Source: a virus. Taken from it: DNA of 64,000 nt. The position numbers were made by a program, and so were the translations under genes. The stretch lies in the IMG/VR virus record IMGVR_UViG_3300045451_000008, positions 32,001-96,000 of that record. One strand, 5' to 3'. The notes under the pieces are model-generated. The model was not told the origin of the DNA. It did no database searches and saw nothing but the letters and a program-made list of their open reading frames with translations. This document shows positions 58,756-64,000 of the stretch, piece by piece; the first letter of the stretch is position 1, and every line of letters starts with the position of its first letter.

Positions 58756-59292
58756 GTGACGACCAAGAGCACCAAGCAGACCCAGACCGACATCGAGGCT
58801 CTCGTCCCGGAGCCGGAAGTGTTCACCCTCACTTCCGGCTCCGTGGTGCGTATCAAGCCCCTTCGCACTCTGGAGCTGCTCAAGCTCCTCAAGGTGCTCA
58901 CCCGCGGCATCGGTCCGAACCTCGACCTCGTCAACTTCGATGAGGACTCGGATTCGGCTGCCTTCGCTCAGCAGCTCATCCTCGTCATCACCTCCGCCAT
59001 CCCCGAGGCGCCTGAGGAGATGTTCGACTTCATCCGCTCCATGGTTCGCCCGGAGACGGACTGGATCGAGCGCCCTCTCACCAAGGAGCAGCGTGCTTCC
59101 AACGCGCAGCTCCAGGAGGATCTCGACTTCGAGCTTCAGAACCCGGAGATCGAGGACACCATCGACATCGTGTCCAAGATCATCGAGAACGAGGCGGAGG
59201 ACTTGCAGGGCCTGGGAAAAAAGGTAGTCGCCGTCTACAAGACGACGGCGGGCCGTCTCGGAGCGAAGAACTCCTCCTCCAAGACCTCGTAG
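58756..59292 (+). CDS. Tail assembly chaperone (gpG-like)
   Basis: Position; slippery site near the 3' end. Confidence 0.85.
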   Translation: MTTKSTKQTQTDIEALVPEPEVFTLTSGSVVRIKPLRTLELLKLLKVLTRGIGPNLDLVNFDEDSDSAAFAQQLILVITSAIPEAPEEMFDFIRSMVRPETDWIERPLTKEQRASNAQLQEDLDFELQNPEIEDTIDIVSKIIENEAEDLQGLGKKVVAVYKTTAGRLGAKNSSSKTS

Positions 59293-59705
59293 CTCTCGAC
59301 CCCGGGAATCTTCTTGGTTCCTACAGCGAGATGTTCGACCTCATCTCCAGCGAGTACGGCTGGTCAGATAAGAAGATTCTGAAGCTCCGCATCCGCAGGC
59401 TTCGCCAGATCATCGCAGCCATCTCCCGTAGACGGTACTTCGAGGATCGCAAGGTCAAGTCCCTCGCCTCATGGCAGACCCGCATGACTGCGCAGTACAT
59501 CGCAGCGGGCTACATGATCGCAGAGGGCAAGGAGAACGAGGGCCTGGCTATGGCTCAGGTCCTCGCCTTCGATGAGATCGAGAAGCAACAACTGGAAGAA
59601 CTGTCCCGAGCAGCTAAGGACATTCCTCTGGAAGACTCTGTCAAGGCCGGGTCGTTCGAGCGAATGATGGGCCTCATGTCTACCCGAGGCGGATTCCAGA
59701 AGTAG
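59214..59705 (+). CDS. Tail assembly chaperone -1 frameshift extension (gpGT-like)
   Basis: G GGA AAA slippery heptamer at 59214-59220; the -1 frame is open through to 59705. Confidence 0.85.
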   Translation, partial: GKKGSRRLQDDGGPSRSEELLLQDLVALDPGNLLGSYSEMFDLISSEYGWSDKKILKLRIRRLRQIIAAISRRRYFEDRKVKSLASWQTRMTAQYIAAGYMIAEGKENEGLAMAQVLAFDEIEKQQLEELSRAAKDIPLEDSVKAGSFERMMGLMSTRGGFQK

Positions 59706-59717
59706 GAGAAGTCAGCA

Positions 59718-62700
59718 ATGGCCGACAACGAGACGCGAGTGCTCTATAAGGCCATTGCTGACTTCTCTGCGCTGAAGCGCGCTGCCGCCGCGGCGAAGGC
59801 TGACCTTGCTGCCCTCAGGGCCGAGGAAGCCGCCACCAACACCGCGTCCGTCGATGGCGCGAAGAAGGCCGACTCCGCGCGCTCCAACTCCGCCAAGCGG
59901 ATCAAGGAGGTCACGCAGGCCAACAAGGAGAGCAAGGAGGTCGCTGAAGAAGCGGCCGAGGCTTTCGACCACCAGACCGACGCGGTCATGGACGTGGCCA
60001 AGTCCATCCTCAAGGCGGTAGACGCCAAGCGGAAGGACGGCCAGGCCACCGCCACGGCCACCCGTGCAGCTCGTGACTTCACCAAGGCCTCCGAGAAGGC
60101 GGCGCAGGCCTCTTCCAAGTACGCGACCTCTCAGAACAAGAGTTCGGGTGGGCTCAAGAAGTTCATCGCGGACACCATCAAGGCCCGAACATCCATGGGC
60201 CAGGCAAGCGCGTCCTCCAGCGCGCTCCTGAAGAACCTGAACAAGTTCGCGAACTGGCGCCCCAAGCTGGTGCCGCCCTTCGTGGCGCTCGTGCCGATCA
60301 TTGGTGCGGTCCTCGCTGCCGTGAACCCCCTCATCGGCCTTCTGGGGGCCGCAGGCGCCGCAGCCATCGGTTTCGCATCTTCCCTGGGCTCCCTTGCTGG
60401 AGCCGCTCTGGCGGTCCCTGGTGCCCTCGCAGCGGTGGCTACGGGTATCTCGTCGGTGATCGGAGCCTTCGGAGGCGTCGGCACGGTCTTCAAGGCCTTC
60501 GGTGCCATGAAGAAGGCTGGTGGCGGAGGCGGTGGTGGCGGCGGAGGCGGCGCTCCCAAGGACGACCGTGACCCCATCGAGGAAGCTCGCAAGCGCAAGC
60601 GTGCAGCCGAAGACATCATCAACGCTCAGATCGATCTGGGTCGCGCCTACGAGGACGCCGCCGAGGAGATCTCGGACGCACAGACCCGAGTGGACAAGGC
60701 CAACCGGGACGCCACCAAGGCACAGAAGGCCATCAACGACGCGCGCAAGGCCGCGCTCAAGAATCTTGTTGACCTCCGCGAAGAGGTCTCCCGCAACGCG
60801 CTCAACGAGGAGCGTGCTCTGGCGAACCTCCAGCAGGCTCGCGAGGAGTACAACAACGTCATGGCGGACCCCGCGTCCACCCGTGGCGACAAGATGGACG
60901 CCGCCGTCCGTGTCAAGGAAGCAGAAGCCGACCTCGCGGACACCCGCAAGGAGGGCATCGAGAACGTCGAAGCTCTGGCTGAGGCTGAGAAGAAGGGCGT
61001 GGACGGCGCCGACGATGTCGTAGACGCTCAGGAGTCCCTCACCGATGCTCTCGAAGAGCAGTCGGATGCCTACCGCGACCTCAAGCGTGCGCAGGAGGAC
61101 CAGTCCCGCACTATCCAGTCGGCTCAGCGCAACCTGGAGGACGCCGAGCAGGCTCTCAAGGACCTGAACAAGGCCGCACAGGACGTCGGCGGCGGCGGAG
61201 GCGGAGGCGGCGCAGGAGCCATCGACGCGTTCAACGAGGCTCTCAACAAGCTCTCGCCGTCCGCGCGCAAGGTCGTGCTCGCGCTTCTGGCCATGGCACC
61301 CGCGTGGGAGGCCATGCGCAAGGGCGTCCAGGAGGCATTCTTCTCCGAGCTGGTGGACAGCATGGACGAGGTCGCGAGCCTCATTCCTGTGCTGGGCAAC
61401 CTCTGGGGCAAGGCCGCAGGCGCCATGGGCCGCTTCATGGCCAAGGGCATCGAGATGATCGCCTCCGGTCCGTGGACCGATGACTTCGCCACCATTGCAG
61501 ACCGCAACGTCGGGGTCATCGAGGGCCTGGGCGACATGGTGCTCTATCTCCTCGACGCCATGCGCAACGTCGTCATCGCGGCTGGTCCGTTCCTCCAGTG
61601 GATGGTGGACGGCCTCGCTGAGGGCGCCAAGAACTTCCGAGACCTGACCCAGGCGGGTCGAGACTCGGGCTCCATGGCGGACTACCTGGAGCGCGTCGCT
61701 GACCGTCTCTCGCAGTGGTGGCGCATCCTCAAGAACATCGTCATGACGGTGGTGAACTTCGGCTCCGCAGCGAGCGAGTTCGCAAGCTGGATGACTGACG
61801 GCTTCGAGAAGATGACCGCGGGCTGGCGTGAAGCCTCCGAGGCTGCCAAGGAGGAGGGCTCGCCCTTCAAGCAGTGGCTGGAGGATACCAAGCCGGTCAT
61901 CACGGCGCTGAAGGAGATGTTCGGCACCTTCTTCGGTTGGTTCGCCCGGGAGGCCTCTGACAAGGGCAACCTGAAGCAGATCGAAGACATCATCACCAAG
62001 GTCACCACGGAGCTGGGACCTGCCGTTGGTGAGCTTCTAGACACCCTCTCCAAGACTGGTGTCGCTCCGGCTCTCGTGGATGCCATCACGGCCATCATCG
62101 AGTCGCTGAACAGCATCATGGGCAACGGTGGCGCCGAGGGCCTGAAGAACTTCTTCAAGGTCGTCGTCGGCTTCTTCGAGGCGCTCGCCAAGATCTCTGC
62201 GGCGCCCGGCGTCGGTGAGTTCATGGGCTTCCTCGTGGCCATGCTCGGACCCATCGCGGCTCTCTCCTTCATCGGCAAGTTCACGGGCCTCTTCAACCTC
62301 TTCGGCTGGCTCCTGCGCATGGGCGGCAGTGCTGGCGTGCTCAAGTTCCTGGGTGCTCTTGGAGGGCTCGCGGGCGGCGGCATCAAGTCGCTGGGCAACA
62401 TGGTCTTCGGCGGCGGGGGCGGCGGTGGGAAGCCGGGAGCTGGAGCTGGTGGCAAGCCGGGTGGCGGTGCGGGCTTCGGCTCTGACTCGTACCTCTCGGG
62501 CGGCTACGACGGCAAGGGTGGCGACACCAAGAGCAGCCCCAAGTGGGTCCAGAACCTCAAGACGAACCTCAACAAGTCCCCCTCCTGGGTGGGCAAGCTG
62601 GGCGACAACATCAAGACCACGCCCAAGTGGGTCTCGGGTCTTGGTAGCGGGCTCAAGACCGTAGGAGGCGGTCTCCTCAAGGGTGGTGGCGTCGGTGCCA

Positions 62701-64000
62701 TCGCCTCCATCGGTGGCGCCATCGCCGGAGACGCCATCAAGGGTGACGGTCAGGACGCCTCTCGCAACATCATGGGAGACCTCCTCGCGAACGTCGCCGC
62801 GGGTGCCGGAGCTGGAGCCTTCGTGGGCTCGGTCGTCCCGGGTGCCGGAACGGTGGCCGGTGGTGTCGTCGGTGGTGCTGCCGCGGGTGTCGCCACCGTG
62901 CTGGGTGCTGACCAGGATGACGTTGCCGAGGTCAACAAGAACCTGAACAACTTCCTGGAGGACGCGCAGTCCAACACCGGAAGCATGCAGTGGCTGGGCG
63001 ACTTCAACGACAGCACTAACGGCATGATGGCCGACTTCTGGGACAACACCACTGGAATGATGGGGGACTTCCAGACCAATACCGATGGCATGTTCGATGA
63101 CTTCGAGTCGAACACCACCGGCATGATGGACGACTTCTGGTCCAACACGGGAGGCATGCTCGATGACTTCGGTAGCAATACCGGAGGCATGATTGACGAC
63201 TTCAATTCCAATACCGCTGGAATGATGGACGACTTCTGGTCGAACACCGGTGGCATGATGGACGACTTCAACTCGAACACCGCTGGGATGTTCGATGACT
63301 TCTTCGGCACCAACCTTCCCAACTTCCTGGACGATGCCGGAGCGAACTTCGAGAAGGCCGGAACCTGGATTCAGGACCGATTCTCTGATGTCGGCAGCTT
63401 TGCCAACGACCGTTTCACCGACGTCAAGAATGGCTTCGAGAACGCGAAGGACTGGGCGAAGGACAAGTTCACTGACGTCAAGGCTGGTTGGGACACCGCG
63501 AAGGACTGGGCGAAGGAGCGCTTCACTGACGTCAAGGCGGGCTGGGACAACGCGAAGGACTGGGCGAAGGAGCGCTTCACCGACGTCAAGGCTGGATTCG
63601 AGGACGCCAAGGAGTTTGCTAAGGAGCGCTTCACTGACGTCAAGGCGGGCTTCGAGAACGCGAAGGAGTGGGCTAAGGAGAAGTTCAGCGACGTCAAGGC
63701 TGGCTGGGATAACGCCAAGGACTTTGCCAAGGACCGCTTCACCGACGTCAAGAACGGGTGGGATAACGCTAAGAACTGGGCTCGGGACAAGTTCTCCGAG
63801 GTCAAGGCTGGCTGGGATAACGCCAAGGAGTTTGCTAAGGAGCGCTTCACCGATGTCAAGAATCAGTTCAACGACGCAAAGCAGTGGGCCAAGGACCGCT
63901 TCCAGGACGTCAAGAACGGCTTCGATGACGCCAAGCAGTACGCGAAGGATCGCTTCCAGGATGTGAAGGCTGGCTTCGATGACGCGAAGACCTACGCCAA
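59718..64000 (+). CDS. Tape measure protein (truncated by the window end)
   Basis: AGGAG RBS, ATG 59718, long Ala/Gly-rich helical frame, LNKLSPSARK...W...VQEAFF motif, aromatic repeats. Confidence 0.92.
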   Translation, partial: MADNETRVLYKAIADFSALKRAAAAAKADLAALRAEEAATNTASVDGAKKADSARSNSAKRIKEVTQANKESKEVAEEAAEAFDHQTDAVMDVAKSILKAVDAKRKDGQATATATRAARDFTKASEKAAQASSKYATSQNKSSGGLKKFIADTIKARTSMGQASASSSALLKNLNKFANWRPKLVPPFVALVPIIGAVLAAVNPLIGLLGAAGAAAIGFASSLGSLAGAALAVPGALAAVATGISSVIGAFGGVGTVFKAFGAMKKAGGGGGGGGGGGAPKDDRDPIEEARKRKRAAEDIINAQIDLGRAYEDAAEEISDAQTRVDKANRDATKAQKAINDARKAALKNLVDLREEVSRNALNEERALANLQQAREEYNNVMADPASTRGDKMDAAVRVKEAEADLADTRKEGIENVEALAEAEKKGVDGADDVVDAQESLTDALEEQSDAYRDLKRAQEDQSRTIQSAQRNLEDAEQALKDLNKAAQDVGGGGGGGGAGAIDAFNEALNKLSPSARKVVLALLAMAPAWEAMRKGVQEAFFSELVDSMDEVASLIPVLGNLWGKAAGAMGRFMAKGIEMIASGPWTDDFATIADRNVGVIEGLGDMVLYLLDAMRNVVIAAGPFLQWMVDGLAEGAKNFRDLTQAGRDSGSMADYLERVADRLSQWWRILKNIVMTVVNFGSAASEFASWMTDGFEKMTAGWREASEAAKEEGSPFKQWLEDTKPVITALKEMFGTFFGWFAREASDKGNLKQIEDIITKVTTELGPAVGELLDTLSKTGVAPALVDAITAIIESLNSIMGNGGAEGLKNFFKVVVGFFEALAKISAAPGVGEFMGFLVAMLGPIAALSFIGKFTGLFNLFGWLLRMGGSAGVLKFLGALGGLAGGGIKSLGNMVFGGGGGGGKPGAGAGGKPGGGAGFGSDSYLSGGYDGKGGDTKSSPKWVQNLKTNLNKSPSWVGKLGDNIKTTPKWVSGLGSGLKTVGGGLLKGGGVGAIASIGGAIAGDAIKGDGQDASRNIMGDLLANVAAGAGAGAFVGSVVPGAGTVAGGVVGGAAAGVATVLGADQDDVAEVNKNLNNFLEDAQSNTGSMQWLGDFNDSTNGMMADFWDNTTGMMGDFQTNTDGMFDDFESNTTGMMDDFWSNTGGMLDDFGSNTGGMIDDFNSNTAGMMDDFWSNTGGMMDDFNSNTAGMFDDFFGTNLPNFLDDAGANFEKAGTWIQDRFSDVGSFANDRFTDVKNGFENAKDWAKDKFTDVKAGWDTAKDWAKERFTDVKAGWDNAKDWAKERFTDVKAGFEDAKEFAKERFTDVKAGFENAKEWAKEKFSDVKAGWDNAKDFAKDRFTDVKNGWDNAKNWARDKFSEVKAGWDNAKEFAKERFTDVKNQFNDAKQWAKDRFQDVKNGFDDAKQYAKDRFQDVKAGFDDAKTYA
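63000..63315 (+). repeat. About 9-10 tandem 33-bp (11-aa DFxSNTxGMxD) repeats in the tape measure gene
   Basis: DFNDSTNGMMA/DFWDNTTGMMG/DFWSNTGGMLD... Confidence 0.85.
63370..64000 (+). repeat. Tandem 54-bp (18-aa FTDVKAGWDNAKDWAKER) repeats in the tape measure gene
   Basis: About 11 copies visible up to the window end. Confidence 0.9.

Noticed and set aside
63370-64000. 54-bp tandem repeats as a non-coding repeat or CRISPR
   Set aside because: In-frame coding repeats with synonymous variation inside the tape measure gene

Overview
The window is a 64-kb segment of a large, high-GC tailed dsDNA bacteriophage with siphovirus-type tail genes. The host is most likely an actinobacterium, inferred from GC content, codon usage and leaderless promoters. 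There are three blocks. (1) 1-21.3 kb (+ strand): a dense array of small early/accessory genes, including a HIT hydrolase, an amidase, a dNMP kinase, a PNK-type HAD phosphatase, an Acb1-like 2H phosphoesterase, a 5'-nucleotidase and an HTH protein, organised as terminator+promoter cassettes. (2) 21.3-34.5 kb: replication/recombination genes (beta clamp, PD-(D/E)xK nuclease, a Prs-like + NAMPT-like pair in the NARP1 arrangement, SbcD/Mre11, HNH, the C-terminal half of a split SbcC, DnaX), with a strand switch and non-coding region near 31.3-32.4 kb. (3) 34.5-64 kb (+ strand): morphogenesis genes (terminase, portal, MuF-like protein, a 3090-aa giant protein, protease/scaffold, decoration protein, capsid, EndoVII, connectors, glycosyltransferase, major tail, frameshifted chaperones, tape measure running off the end). 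Most notable features: (a) the giant head-module protein, which carries repeat arrays, a HipA/PI-kinase-like domain, a probable ADP-ribosyltransferase domain and an N-terminal peptide shared with the portal C-terminus, suggesting a virion-delivered multi-effector with a packaging tag; (b) a 13-copy palindromic box overlapping sigma-A-type -35 elements, plus two other promoter-like motif classes; (c) a pervasive AAGAWTC motif; (d) a paralogous small-domain family in the early genes. All function calls come from motif recognition by eye; no database searches were run.
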